Assembly (NCBI GenBank): GCA_036172245.1
Contig: JAYWIR010000022.1
Span: 2,852,001-2,916,000, forward strand
Length of the DNA stretch: 64,000 nucleotides
From: Raillietiella orientalis
Lineage: Eukaryota
Direction of reading: 5' to 3'
Position numbers and translations under genes: made by a program. A model generated the notes under the pieces. The model was not told where the DNA came from. It saw only the letters and a list, made by a program, of their open reading frames with translations, and did not search any database. Positions 49,330-62,705 of this stretch are shown piece after piece (positions within the stretch are counted from its first letter, which is position 1; every line of letters begins with the position of its first letter).

Positions 49330-49565
49330 TGTGTATATATTTTTTATTTTATGTATTTATATGTATTTATGTATATGTATGTATTTATTTTTCAGAATCT
49401 TTAATGCACCTATCAACAATATAATCAACACTTATTTATTTGATTAATAAAATGTATCTCATTGAATCTTAATAGATATATCTGTTCCAATAACGTTACC
49501 GTTAATAATATCCATGCTAATAAATATGAATCACTATGCGTATTAAAACAAATTTGTGTTTTAAT
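49330..49565. repeat. AT-rich low-complexity tract
   Basis: TATG/TATT-rich run within GC-rich surroundings. Confidence 0.75.
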
Positions 49566-50303
49566 CTGCGCAGGATAGGTTTACGTGTTTATGTGCTTTC
49601 GGGATTTCCATAGGCACCGGTTCCACCCCTCATGGCAAATCCCCCCCGGTCGCGAGGCGTTGCAAGCGCTACATTCGTGGGGGAGGAGAGGAAGGGAGGG
49701 AGGCGGCCAAGGGGTGCAGACCGCGAGGAGAGGAGGGGACCTGGCGTGGGGCTCCTGAAACGCCCACGGGGTGTAGGGAGCGGTCGGGACAGCGCAGCAT
49801 CCGCGGTGGCCGCGCAGGATTCCCCAGACTCCCCACGCCGCTTCCTCCCTCGACCCCGAAGACCCCTTGCAAAGCATCACGGCCATCCCGCGTGGTTGCA
49901 GTTATCTGCAAGAGTGGTTGGGGTGCGGGGGATGAATTTCTGAGGATAGGTTGTCGTCGAGTTCGTTTTCCGTTTTCAAAATAAATGATTTGTGCTCGAA
50001 GTAGGCAATCTCATGTACAGCAGCAGAACATCCATCGTCAGTCTCATGTACAGCACTAGCAACGGTTGACTCCCACGGGGCAACGTGCCTCGCGGCTCCC
50101 GTTTCGAAGCAACCACCGGCGCTGCCATTCGAAACGGGGTGGCCGGCCAACTTCCCGTCCGCTCTGGTGCAGGGTGAGCCGCTCCGAGCCGTCTCCCTCC
50201 TAGCCTCGCTGCTTTTCGCCGCAAAGCCACACTCGGCTGGAAGAGGCTCGCCCTGTATTTTTTAGGCCGCATCGTCGGCTGCCACCGCGCTGATCGTGCG
50301 CGC

Positions 50304-50311
50304 TGACGTCA
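50304..50311. promoter_or_regulatory. Full CRE palindrome TGACGTCA upstream of the gene
   Basis: Exact motif; function inferred. Confidence 0.35.
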
Positions 50312-52336
50312 CGCCGGAGGGGCTGGGTTCTAGCGGAGCTCTCCCTGTAGATGCACGCCGTACCGAACCCACTGCGAGCCCGCCCGGACCCGCAACCGGA
50401 CCTCCCCTAACCGACCGGCCCGCCGGATGGTTGAAAGATTCAGTGAAAGATCATTGTGCGACTTTTCGAGCAACATCATAAACTTACTAGCACTCAACTC
50501 CTCGTCCCCCCACGGTCGGCTAGGAAAGAGAAAGGACTCCAGGTCGCTGCGGCTGCTGTCCCGTCTCGTAGGGGGTTCCATTCGATCGGCACGCGAAGCG
50601 GACGCCGACGAAACCTCCCTAGTCTCGACGGAGGGGCAGGTGGTCTTCGCGAGCCGCCGACTGCCACCCTCCCTGTGGGCTCCGGGCACCCCGAACGCAC
50701 TCACCGTCCTGGGCACATCGGCGAGGCACTCCCAGCCGCCGATGTCAGCGCTGCCGTTTCGGCAACTCGGAGATGAACAGGGTGTGTGAAAGGTGAGAGA
50801 GGTGAAGAGGTGAGGAACCAGAAGACCAGGGATGGTTTCCGGGGTTACCCCGTGGCGGGGGAGAGGAATTGGGTGCACTCCACGTCGACCACCAGTCCCG
50901 TTCACAGAACCAAGGTCGGACCCCCATGCTACATCCGCGCCCCACTTCTCTTAGGACATCTCCCAGCACCTTTCTTGTTATCACTCCGCGGTCCGAACGC
51001 CGCGACTTTTCAGACTCCCATCCGAGAAATGCACGGGAACAAAAGACCCGCTGGGTGGCGTAGGAGGGACCTTGGGGTCGTACCCCAGCCCTCGCGAGAT
51101 TCCCACCACTTTCCCGCCTCTTTTCCGACCGCTTCGCCATGCCGAGCCACCGCTGCTCCCGCTATGTTCCTCCGCATGGCCACGCGATTGCCAAGGATCC
51201 TTTGCTCTGCGGATGAGGGAGAGCAGAAGGAACCGTGCAAGGTTTTCCTCTCCCTCTCCCTTCGAGGGATACGGCTCAAGGGTGACGGGAAGGGAGCCAG
51301 ACGGACGCAGGAGGGACAGACGGCCGGGTCGTCTGTCGTCGCACCGGCTACGCCCTTTCCTCCTCGCTCTCCTTCCCATCCCTGAGAGATACCCCCCTGG
51401 TATCGACGAGAAGGGGTCCTAGAAGCTTCCCAACCTCCCCTTCAAGTGGATCCGGGGTCTCTGGTCCCCCTTCGAAGGTATCAAAGGGAAGAGGAAAAAA
51501 AGGGAGTGAAGGGAAGGAAGGTCTGCTGCTGTGAAGACTCCAAGGGAGGAAGGCGAGCGTCCCGCACAGTGAGTTCTTAGCCGCGGAGGGCCGCTGGGCC
51601 CTTGCGGTTTCTGCGGAGGCAAGATGCCCTCCTCTCTTCCTTTCTGAACTCGCGTGGTGGCCAAGGAGGATTAGAAACCCACACCGCCTTTCCGCCGCGG
51701 GGCAGCCGCACGCTCCTTTCCACCGCCTCCATCTTCCGGGAGTGCGCGGAAGGAGCGAAGGACTGGATCAAGGGGATCCGGGCGACGGCGCACAGGGGAG
51801 TCCGCGGGCATCCAGGATCGTCCACCTGCCCTCTCAGCAAGGTAGAGTCGCCTGCGGTGGGAATCTGTTCCGGGGACGCTCGACCATCGCTCGGGGTGCA
51901 GGCGCCCGGAAGGTCGTCATCCCGCTCGCGGCGCAGGGGCGCGCGACAACTGCGGCAACGGCGAGAGTCCCTCTCCTCGCGTGCCCAGACCTCCCCCCTC
52001 TTCTCCTGGCCTCTTTCTCCAGCCCCACGACGTGCTCTCTCGGGCGTTCGAGTGACCCCGTCGTCCGTCAGCCGCTCAGGACATCCTCCCGCCAGGAACG
52101 CCGCTCACGCGGGCGTCTCGCGCCGCACACAGGCAGGGGCGAACGGACCGCAGAAGTCCCCGATGGCGGTGGCACCCCGATCGCGCGCACCTGCTAGCCA
52201 AACGACGCCAGGGTTGAGCGGCGGGTGCAGGAGGGCGGACTCTTCCTCCAGAGTCCAGGGAGGCGCTCCAAAAGGTCGTCTGCGGTCGTCCGAGGCCGCG
52301 AGGAGTCCACGCGTGCAACGGCGGCAGGTTGTGGCT

Positions 52337-53525
52337 TGACATCCAGTTGCGTCGGGGCGTTTATTTATATGGAAAAAAACTTACAGGTCAGTGGTAGAAC
52401 TCTTGGTCCTGTCACGTTACAAATGTACTAAAAGGAACCTGCCGAGTACCGGCACGCAGGCCAGCGGGGGGTTCGCCTCGGCAGCAGAGGGGGAAACAGG
52501 ACAAACAAAAAAGAAAAATGATACAAAAAAAATACATCCAATAAAATTAGGAGGGTTCGGGAAGCGATCACCGTGTTCTGGAGGGCGTCCTCTGCATCCT
52601 TGTAAGGATGCCGGGCAGTTCCTATTTCAAGACGCCCAGATGGGGCCATCTTGACACTATCCTCATGAAGAGGACAGCAAAATAGATGGCATCCCTTTCT
52701 TCCTCGGCTTCTCTGGAGTTGAATTATGCAGTCACGGTCCCGCCGCGTAGGCAGCCAAGCGCTGCTAGAGATGCCGCCGGCATGGGGGCGTCGTGCAGGA
52801 AGAGGCGCTTTATGCCTCTGAGGTTGTCTTCAGGGATCCACAGGGACGCAGCAAAGCGTTCCCACAGGGGCGGAGGACCACGCAGTCCACGAGTAGGTGC
52901 GGGAGGAACTCTCTTTAGCCACACCTGCCGCAGTTGATGCTAACCTCCTGCCCCGGGTCCAATAGTGTCGGCGTGCGTTGCACGGGAGGCCCCAATGCAA
53001 TAGAAGGATCGCAGACTCCTACCGCTTTAGAGGGAGGGTAGCACTGTTCCAGCACGCTGGGGACCAACCAAGCTCCTCCGGAGGAATTTCTAATAGTTCT
53101 CCTCAGAGTGGAAGTCCTTTTCGAGAGACACTCGGGGTGGCAGCATCTGTCAGCTCTCGAGTTGTCCACGTATCCAGATGTTTCCTTGTGTTGTCTATAA
53201 TGCATGTCACCTCCCATTTTGCCGGAGGAATGCTGTCTCTTGCTCCCAGTAGGGAGGGCGGCACTGGGGTAAAGGAGGTAAACGACGCCCAAAGCAGATT
53301 CCTGGTGTTACCCAGGATCTCCCTCAACGACTGACGAGTGTATCTGCTGTTTCGTAGGCAGCTACACTCTGCCTTCTCGCTCGTACCGTTGATTTTACCC
53401 ATGCTAACACAGAATCCTACAGCCAGGTAGTCCAGTTCGCGGGGAGGACGGAGACCCAGGGATTTCATTGTATCAAGGCAACCACTTGGCGAATGCGAGA
53501 GCCAAGCTAGCGGCGGGTTAGTGGT
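52337..53525 (-). mobile_element. Older 5'-truncated LINE fragment, same family as 54929-56534
   Basis: Translation LREILGNTRNLLWASF..WEVTC..WTTRELTDAATPSV..CGRCG parallels LREIVFNPRKLLWASF..WEVSC..WTSRELADATTPSV..CAECG; AATAAA at 52360-52365; no clear TSD, ends approximate. Confidence 0.85.
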
Positions 53526-54928
53526 CCCATCCATGCGCCACGGCACAGGCGCGGATGGAGCGGCGCCTCCTCCATCCTCGGCGTCGAGCTTACTGCGATG
53601 GCGGCTACCCGCTAGCTTCCTCCTTTCTTCCGGGAGGTGGCCTCCGGAGACGGTCGCTTTCGCGCCGCCCGGCAGTCATCTCTTTGCTGCGAGGGTTGGA
53701 TGATGATGGGGGACCACGAAATTGTGAGACCCTGGCGAGGGGCGTGCCTAACACCTCGCCTCGGACGATCCCAATCCGCTCGGCGGGACTGCCTGCTCCC
53801 AGCCGGCAGTCCCGCGAACCAGGAAGAGACCGAGAGGTTCGCTGCTGACCATGCCTTCCGGGAGATCGCGCCTCCGTCATACCTGGACCCGAACGAGAGT
53901 TGAGAAGCTGCTGCTGTCGTCTTGGGTAGGTTCCAGTGCGCCCCGCCGGCCCGGCACTTCTCCCACTCTTGACCTTAGTGGGCCACTAGACACCGTGCCT
54001 CGGGTGCTTCGTCGCCTTCGGGGGGTTCGGAACGCTGGCAGCGTTCTGTATTTAATCGGATGAAACATCCCTGAAACGAAGCAAGTTCCGTGAGCACTGC
54101 CTCTGCTCTCTGGTTCTGTGGTCCGTGGTCGGGATGGAACACCTCGAGGTGTCTTCGGTGCTGCCTGCAGGCCAGTGGAAGTCTCCGCCACTCGGTTTTC
54201 CTCTGGTCCGAAGACGATGGTGGCGCTCCTCTCACCCGGGCGCTCACGAGGAGAGAGAGGAGAGGACGGTCCAGAGGCGTGCCGCTTCCGTGGGCGTCCC
54301 TTCGGTGGCACCGCCTTCTCCATCCACCGATCGAGCCGTCAGAGAAGCCTCCCCTTTCCCTCCTCCCTAAACCGCCCTCCGAGATGATCCTTGACTACCA
54401 GTAGCCAAGGTCGCAGAACAGAGGCGGCCGAAACCCCCCCCCCCCGTCCCCTCCGTCCCTGAACTTCCCGCGCGCCGGGTCACATTCGCTGCCTTTCGGG
54501 GCAGTCTGGTCAATGCCACCCTCGCTTCCGTCGTCGACCTCCGCAACCCTCCCCTTTCCCAACCCTATAGCGAAACACCGAGCGGGAACGAGTGGAGCTC
54601 GAGGAGCCCGATTTCCCTCGCTATCACGGTTGGCGCAGCATCGCGCCTCCCGTGCCGCCATTTCCCTCAGAGACGGAAGAGCTTCCGGGCTGCCGGTGCC
54701 CTGCTTCGAAGTCCAGGAACCCTTTCGACTCCGAGGTCTCCCTGCTGCGGCACGCTCTCCGGGCTCTTCACGGAAAGCGGAAGGATCGAGCTTCCACGGG
54801 GAAATTGGAGGGAGTATTTCTGCAGCAAAGAGTGCTGGTGCGCTCCCACATCAAGTAGAGGGAGGCGATTGGATCGGCCCACCGCGGCGCTGCTTTCGAG
54901 AATCTCTTGGCTGCGAGGGTTAAATGGT

Positions 54929-56534
54929 TTTTAACCCGGGTTTTTTCACCCGGGTGAGCCGGGGCTTTTATTATTAAAATTTTTTACAATAAAAAATTCT
55001 ATAACAAAGTCGTTTTCTTTTCACTGTTTCGTACGATTTTTTTCAGCCGTAACACATGTTCCGACTGTCTTGGAGCACTTGTCCTTACCGACCCGCAGGC
55101 CGATAAAGTCCTCCACATGGGCGCAGGGGAGGGAAAACCAGAAAAAAAACAAAAAAAAGAAAAATGCCTGAGGGGGGGGCAATGTTTTTTGGGAGGGGAG
55201 GAAAGGGAGGGGATCACGGTACCCCGTGAGGAGGCCTCTGCATCCGGTTTTGGATGCTGACAAGTGCGGGCAGTACTTTTCTTAGCCGGCGCCAAGGCGG
55301 GAAGCCTTCTCCATGGTGATGACTGACCAGTGGATGACATTCCGACTCCTGCGGCCTCTTCTTGACGCGGTCCACTTATCCAGGATTCCGCGTATGCAGC
55401 AGAGAACACGCGAACCACTTGATAATAAAGTGTTGCAACACACGCGGCGGCTGGCAGGGCGTCCCGCATCAGGAGGTGACGAAAAATGTTTTTAGGGTCG
55501 CCCACCGGAACGTTAAGGGTCGACAAGAGTCGATCTCACATCAGGCGGAGAGCAACACACTTTATTATTAAGTGGGGGAAGGTCTCCCTTTTCCCGCACT
55601 CTGCACAATGGGCATCCATTCTCCCGAATGTCCAGTGAGATAGGCGTTCTCTGCTTAAGAGTCCCCAATGGAGCACCAGCAGCGCCGTCTCCTGCCAATC
55701 CAAAGGGAGGGTGCCGTTGTCCCAAGACGCCGGGGGCCTCTTCACCTCCTCCGGAGGCATATCCAGCAGCTCGCCCCAGCGCACAAGTCCATTTGACGGG
55801 ACGCTCGGGGTTGTAGCGTCCGCTAGTTCCCGGGACGTCCACACCTTCATCAGTTTTTTCCTGCCTCCGTTGAGGCAGGACACTTCCCACGATGCCTCCT
55901 CTTGGCTGTCCCTGGCTTCTCTGAGGGAGAGCAGCACGGGGGCAAGGAATGAAGCCCACAGAAGCTTCCGTGGGTTGAAAACGATCTCCCGCAGGGGCTG
56001 GCCGGCGTTCCTGCCTCGACGGAGGCAGGAGTCCACATCGCTGAAGCCGTTGATTTTTGCCCACGCGTAAACGGACTCCTGGAGCCAGGTAGTCAAGTTC
56101 GCGGGTCTGCAGGAGATCCACGGGTTGTTCCTCACCAGGGCCAGCAAGTCCCGTAGCTGAAACCCACAATGTTTCAGTCTACCGTCGTTGGCTACTAGGA
56201 TTGAGGTCAATCCGTAGCAGCCGGTTGCCCTTTGGGAGAGGAGTTGTGTGGGCGCACACCATGGTGAAATTAAGAAACTTGCCACAAGGGCAAATTTCTT
56301 AATTTGGAGCTGACGCTTTATGCGCTCCAACGTAAGGAGACCAAGTCCACTGTCCCTGGGTGGAGCGCACAAGTCTTTCAAGAGGACGCGGGACCTCTGG
56401 TTACCCCAAAGGGCTTTCCTGATAAGGCCCCTTGTCCGTGTCCTGATTTGGGGAGGGGTGGGGCACACAAAAAGTAGGAGGAGAAGGAGGGGGCTGCGAA
56501 AGCGTTCCACCACACCATCCCGGAACGGGCCGCA
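54929..56534 (-). mobile_element. 5'-truncated L1/Tx1-type LINE (ORF2 C-terminal part and 3' UTR)
   Basis: ORF 55536-56513: KALWG..LCAPPRDSGLGL..HWGL..CAECGKRETFPHLIIKC; AATAAA at 54967-54972; 11-bp TSD GGTTAAATGGT at 54918-54928 and 56535-56545. Confidence 0.88.
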
Positions 56535-56594
56535 GGTTAAATGGTAGGCTCCCTAAGGAATTTTTTTGGGGGAGGAGGGGGAAGGAGGGGGTTG

Positions 56595-56940
56595 CTAAAT
56601 GCTCAAAAGCCGCCGTTCTCCTGGCGGCTCACGGAGATCTTCACCACTGTCCACGCCACCTGAGGAGGGCGCCTGTGTTCACCCTTCAACTTAGAGGGTG
56701 CCCCGGGAGGGGACCACCCTATGAATCCAGGAAGACCTCGGAGGAAGGGACCCGTTCCTCTTCCTCCTGGGAAGGGAACCCCGGAAGGGTCACCTCTTCT
56801 TCATTCTCTCCGGAGAAGTCGGTCCCCCGGGGGAAGCTACTCCTCATTTCTTCTCCGAAGGGAACCCAGAAAGGATGGGCTCCTGGAATGTCTTCTCCGA
56901 AGAGAGACCCGAAGGGACAATTCCCTGTTTTCTCTATTTT
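56595..56940 (-). mobile_element. SINE-like element copy 2, 3' segment
   Basis: Shares ctgtccac.ccacc, ctatgaatccaggaag and ctcatttcttct.cgaagggaa.ccagaaaggat with 10934-11210. Confidence 0.75.
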
Positions 56941-57111
56941 TCCCAAGACCCACAAGGGGTGGGGTGAATTTATTTACCCTTTTTTTACATTCACACTACA
57001 TTCTCATTCATACCAAAAACTACACTGCACTTCACTAGTGTTTGCTAGAAGTCTGCTTCTTGGGTTCACTGAAAGGTTCACTGCACCTGTGTGACTGGAT
57101 GTCGTTTGTGC

Positions 57112-60100
57112 CTAGATGTTGCCTTCAATTCTTCTCAGGATATGTCGGTAGTTCCAGGTCTGCACTCTTCTACAGTTTCTTATGCCAATCTCTTTCTGGA
57201 TAAGCCCTTTCAGGATTTTCATTGGAGATACGGCGGTCCTGGTGGTCTTCATCATCATCCACCGCACAAGAATGGCAGTGATGAAGAGGGCGATGGTCAT
57301 CCTTACCATTGGATTATAGCAGGGAACATTTCTGTTTCTTGGAACATCCTTGCCAAGATTGCCATGGTCGATGTGGTGGGCAGCCCGATAACCCTTTTCA
57401 GGATGTGCCACTCTGGTTGCATCGTGGGACAGATCAAATGTTTCCACATGCTCTGCAGATTTCTTCCTCCCTTCTGCCCGTAAAGAGCCTCATTCTGGAT
57501 CCACTCAGGATCCCTCCATGATAGAACATCAGGAGGTTATCCAGAGTGTCCAGTGGCAGGTCATTCCTCCAGAGCGTCGTTCCAATCGCCAGCGGGTTGA
57601 ATCCATTATTACCGTGGCGATCGGTGGCTTTTTGAAGGGCACTGGTGTCCTTGTTTTCCTCGACTATTAGTCGGCGTAGATTTCTCGTGGTTACCCTGGA
57701 CCACACGAGGTCGTTGTAGTTTTTCCACACTTCTCGGGTCCTATGGGTGAATCTGAGAGATTCTTTGGATGTAGCGGAGTACTCGGGAATGATGTAGGTA
57801 TTCCTGCCGTCTCCATGTCTCAGTATCTCTCAAAGTAACCCTAGACCACTGGTTGATCCAGCTCCTCGTATTTTCAGGTATGGGTAGCATCCACGGGATA
57901 ACCAAGATGGATTCCTCCTGGCAGAGTTCTTTGCTCCTAGGTATGATCTTCAGCTGATACCTTTGTACCAGTTGTTGCTTTCTTCTCCATATTGGGTCGA
58001 TGGTGGCCCATTCGCCCACTTGGCCGAGCAGTACAGTCATCAGTCCCCGTGAGTTGTATTCCAACAACGAGTAGTCCCTGTGCGCTGCATACGGCCAGTC
58101 GTCCCAGTTCTTAGACATGTCCAGGATCTGTCGCACGTCCATGGTGTCCACAGCATGTGTAAGCGATTTCATCCCGGTACCGCCTTCTTCCTTAGGACGA
58201 CACAGTGGCTTGAGGCGGACTCTCAGTCTATAGCCTCCCCATAAAGTTTTCCTCTGAAGCTTTTCCACCTCTCTTTTCTTATCTTCATACATTCTGTAGA
58301 AGGCCGCCCCAAAAAGTATCTTCGGAAGGAATACTCCATTCCAAAGATTGGCCCTCCTCTTCATGTTAAAGTCCGAACGGGTATACTTCGCTCCTTTTGT
58401 GCCGTTTTCCCCAGGATTTCCTTCTACAGTAATTAAGACGATGATGCGTCACCAAGGTGGACACCCAGGTACTTGACTTGATCCACCGCTCGGAATCCTT
58501 TCCTCGTGAGTATGGATAGGTCGAGGATTCCGACGAGCAAAAGTTGGCTTTTGGGGGCATTGATTTTTAAGGCCAATCCTCTTTCCATGAGTTCCACCAC
58601 ATCCAGAAACCCTCGCTGATCCCTCTCCCCTTTTAAGAAGAGAAGATCATCTGCGTAGGCTAGATGGGTGAGCCGCTGGTCGTCCATGTTGATTCCATGG
58701 AGGTATCCACTTCTCTCGATGAATGATGAGAGGGCCTCCATGTAGATGACAAACAGCATCGGACTGAGAGCATCGCCCTGGCGGACTCCACGCTCCATCC
58801 GGATGGCTGTTGTCTCTTACCCATTGATCTTTATGCGAAAGTGTCGCTCTTCAAGTGCCATCTTCACGAAGTTGCTGAATTGTTCCGGGAGGCCGTCTTC
58901 CTAGAATTTTCAGCAGCATCCCATGGTCCACCGTATCGAAAGCCTTTTCCATGTCAGTGAAGCCCACTACCAAGTTCTCGCCGATATATCGGCTGAGTTC
59001 AATGGTAGCTTGGGCACACTTGACATTGTCCGACATGTGGCGTCCGGGCACCGCACATGTCTGGGTCGGATCGGAGAGATCAGCTTTGGCATGACCTTGC
59101 CTAAGCGGTTGGCCCAGATCTTCGCCAACCACTTGGCATCGGAGTTGAGGATCGAGATTGGCCTCCATTGGGTAACCTGAGTTAGGTCACCTCCTTTCAG
59201 CAGCAATCACATCCTACTCTCGTAGAAGGATTCCGTTAGTCGTCCTTCTTGCCGGATGCAGAGTGTCAGCTGGTGGAACAAACGCTGGTAGGCATGCAAG
59301 TACCGCTGATAGTGAGAGATGGGGACACTATCAGGGCCCGCTGCCACATCCTTGCGAAGGTCCTTGAACGCAGCTTTCACTTCTTCTTCCAGAATCTTCC
59401 GATGGTTTTCGGTCGTGCTTCTTTCCAGGCGTCTCAGGAACATGTCTTGATATAACGGGCACAGATGTTTGCGTTGGAAATGGTCCATGTAATGCCTTTG
59501 GAAGGCTTCCGCGATGTCCTCCGATGGGTGCCTAGTGTGTCCATCGTACTGGATACAGAAGATGTCTGTTGCCAGATTCTTCTTCTCCAGTACGCCGACT
59601 TCTCCTTTAACATTTTGGAAGACATACCGACTCTCATACTGTTCCCAGTACTTCCAGAGGGAGCGATCTTGGATGTTCAGCTCCCGGTGCGCTTCCTTCC
59701 TCAGTCGCCTGTCACCGAACTGCATGTTGCAGAAGAGGTGCACTCGATGTTTTAAGCTCTCCCAGTCGGCGACTCTGCTGAGAATCGCCTCGATGACTTC
59801 TTGGTGTCAGGGTAGCGTCTCGAACCAGGCGGGCATGCTGATGAGCTCTGCCCTTGTAGCCTTCTTTCACCTAGGGTTTTCAGTCCGCAGGAAAAACCTC
59901 ATCAACGGGTGGTCGGACAGAACGGGGGGCGTGTCACAAAACCCGAGGATGCGGTTCCCTATATCGGAGCTGTAGAGGACGTGGTCGATCGGCTTGTGGC
60001 TGGCTGCTAGTCACAGAAGCCCGAATTCGTCGGACAGCCGCCGATACGCCGTCCTGCCTCTTGCATGGATGATTTCGTCCAGGATATTGAAATCTCCCAC

Positions 60101-60502
60101 GATGATCACGATGTCCTTCGGTGCGACCTTTTGCTGGAGTACTCCGTGGAGCGCTTCCGCACACTGATACTTTTGTTGGTGGGATCCGTAAACGTTCACC
60201 AGGAACAGGTGAACGTTTGCGGACCAGGACATTCTTACGCCGACGATTCTTCCAGGCATGGGGCAGGTTTCCAGAATGGTGTGAGCGAACTCGTTCTTTA
60301 TTGAGATCGCCATACCCATGGTGTTCCTCTGTCTCTCGCTGGCGAACAGCTATGCGTTCAATCGCCTTTCCATCTCGAGGCTGATCTGTTGCCCCATCAC
60401 GTGGATTTCTTGCAGGCACACTATGTCTTGATGTGCGATGGTTCGCACAATTCTTTTTCTCTTTGCCTGGTCGGTGAGTCCGTTGACATTCCAGGAGGCC
60501 AT
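57112..60502 (-). pseudogene. LINE ORF2 (APE endonuclease + reverse transcriptase + C-terminal Cys/His region), multiple frameshifts and stops
   Basis: MASWNVNGL, LQEIH, VGDFN, SDH (APE); WRPISILNSD, DMEKAFDTV, GVRQGDALSPMLF, AYADD, KYLGV (RT); L..P..EGG.G and CRACG downstream. Confidence 0.92.
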
Positions 60503-60512
60503 CTTAACTCTC

Positions 60513-62266
60513 CTAGCGGTGGACAAGGACGAGGCCAATAAGGAATTTATTTCTTGGCCTTCCTGAGCTCCTTCTGTAGAGAAGACCGTTGCAGTCTCCC
60601 GGAAGAGAAGGCTTCTCGCTACCGGCGGCGCTCTCCGTGCCGGTGAAGTCGGTAAATTCGACCTCCTCGGTCGAGTGCTCGGCCTTGGCGACCGTTTTGC
60701 GTGGAAGCGTTTCCAGGCTCACCATCGCACAGGAATTCTCCTTAACGTCGAGAAGCTTGTTCTCCAGCTTCTCGCGTTGGACCACTTCCACAATTTGGTT
60801 GATGTCCTGGATCTCGCAGATTCGCCGCAGTTGTTCCTGCTGCTCCTCGCTTGGTTCCTATCGGACCTCCTTCGTCAGCTTCGCCACTTCCTCGGTTATT
60901 TGCAGGGTTTCCTGCGTCACCGGGGCTGGCTCTGCTACTTCCATTCTTTCGCCTTCCTCTGCATTTTCCTTTGGTTCGGGCTTCTCGGAGGGTTCTTGCT
61001 ACTTGGTGAGCGACCTCCTCTTACCTTTCTTCCTCACTTCAGCGAAGCCGTCCGCCGAAACTAGGACGACCTCCCTCGCCTTTCTTGGTCTCTCCACCTG
61101 TTTTTGAGGCTTTTCTGCCTCCGCTTGAATTTTTCCCTTACGGGGGAGAGTCCACACATCATACGCCAATTGGTGTACTCCGGACAACTTCACCTCGCGT
61201 GGCCTGTAGCCTTGCAAAAGGCGCACACCTCAGGCTGTTGGCAATTCCTGACTTGGTGTCCCTGCTTGCCGCAGCGGAAGCACCGAGATTTCGGACAAGC
61301 ACTGACCCTATGGCCAAAGTGCTTGCACCCAGTACAAAACACCGGCTGCTGCCTATACCGGATGTAGACTTCCTGGGAGTCCCCATCAATGTGGGCGAGA
61401 TCCAGAATCTTCGCCTCCTCGTGCAACTTAATTTTGGCGATGACATTGCCCGAAAAGATCTTGCCAGAGAAGTTCTGGAACTCCACTTCCAGGACTTCCC
61501 TATATTTGGACAAAAAGGTCCAGATTGCCTGCTTGTTTGTGGTGATGCAGACGCCACCTAGAAACACCGTCGTATACGGCATCTCGCCAATACCACGGAC
61601 CATCCTCCCTTGTATGTTAATGCCCTTTTCAATCAGGGCTTCGGTTAGTGGTTCACTATAGGTGTACACCGTGAACCCCGATCGTACTTGGAATGATAGC
61701 CTGGTCGCGATCAAAATCGACATTCTCCTTGTATAGGGCCAGGTAAACTTCCCTGATATTATTTATACGGATAAGTTCAGTCTTGAACGTGATCGGTTTT
61801 ACGTTTGGACTTATCCATATGATCGGCTCGTCAATGTTTTCTATTTTGCCGCTTTCCGGCTTCCCGAATTTCCTCTGTGGCTGGGTGATTGAACTCCCAG
61901 CCGCCACCGCCGCGTACGAAAATGGTCACGCCGTCGCACCCGCACAAGATGGCGTCGCGTCCTGAGAGCTCCCCGCCACCGGGAGCTCGTAGGCCTAGCC
62001 GTCGCGCAGGCAACCATCGGCGACCCTGTCGCACACTCGCCGGACGCTACCTCCATCTGTTGGGGCGACTCCGGCCTCTCCTCCGTCACCGCTTTCATCC
62101 TCGCGGCGGGCTGGTAGGCTCCCGCCGCTGGGTTGGGACGCAAGTCCTCCACCGTGGTGCCGCTGCTGTTGGCGGGGATTGTCCTCAGCTGCACTGTCAC
62201 TAGTGGGTGGACGGAGTCACTGTTCACTAACTTTGCACTGTTAGTTTGCTCGCTCGGGGCACACAA
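60513..62266 (-). pseudogene. LINE ORF1 (gag-like, three CCHC-type zinc knuckles), frameshifted
   Basis: FCTGCKHFGHRVSACP-RCFRCGKQGHQVRNC-CAFCKATGHAR in ORF 61190-61723, flanked by broken reading frames; ends approximate. Confidence 0.85.
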
Positions 62267-62385
62267 AAATTGCCTCGGCAGTGGTATTACACACTGCCTT
62301 GGCGGGATATTGGGTAAAGTTTTTAACTAGCAATAATCGCGCCTCAGTTGCCTTCCTCAGCTACGATATTGCCCGTGCACAAGGC

Positions 62386-62705
62386 TTCTCTATTTTCTCT
62401 AAAGGGTTGCTCCCTGAGGGAAGCAGCGCGCTTCTTCACGCTCTGGAGAGATGGCATCAATCCACCAGCTCCATGGTACGTATAGAGGGAGTCCTCCCCG
62501 AGGAAGGAGGAGGAGGACGGCTTCCATTTTCACAACCGGAGGGGCATCCCGAAAGGCTACTTGGTTCCTGGAAGGACCTCGAAGAGTCAACCTTCAGTAC
62601 CGGCCAAGTCAGCGGGGCATCCCGCTTCGACCAGGGCCGCATCCCAATAGGACAAGTGGCGTCATCTGTCGGAGGGACTCGAAACCCACGACGCATCCAT
62701 TTCTC
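62386..62705 (-). mobile_element. SINE-like element copy 2, middle segment
   Basis: Shares acgctctggagag, tccatggtacg, cttggttcctggaagg and ctcgaaacccacgacg..ccatttctc with 11205-11518. Confidence 0.78.

Larger units (their letters stand above)
56941..62385 (-). mobile_element. Near full-length L1/Tx1-type non-LTR retrotransposon (~5.4 kb), disrupted
   Basis: ORF1 with CCHC knuckles and ORF2 with APE and RT motifs; AATAAA at 56969-56974; 11-bp TSD TTCTCTATTTT at 56930-56940 and 62386-62396. Confidence 0.93.
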
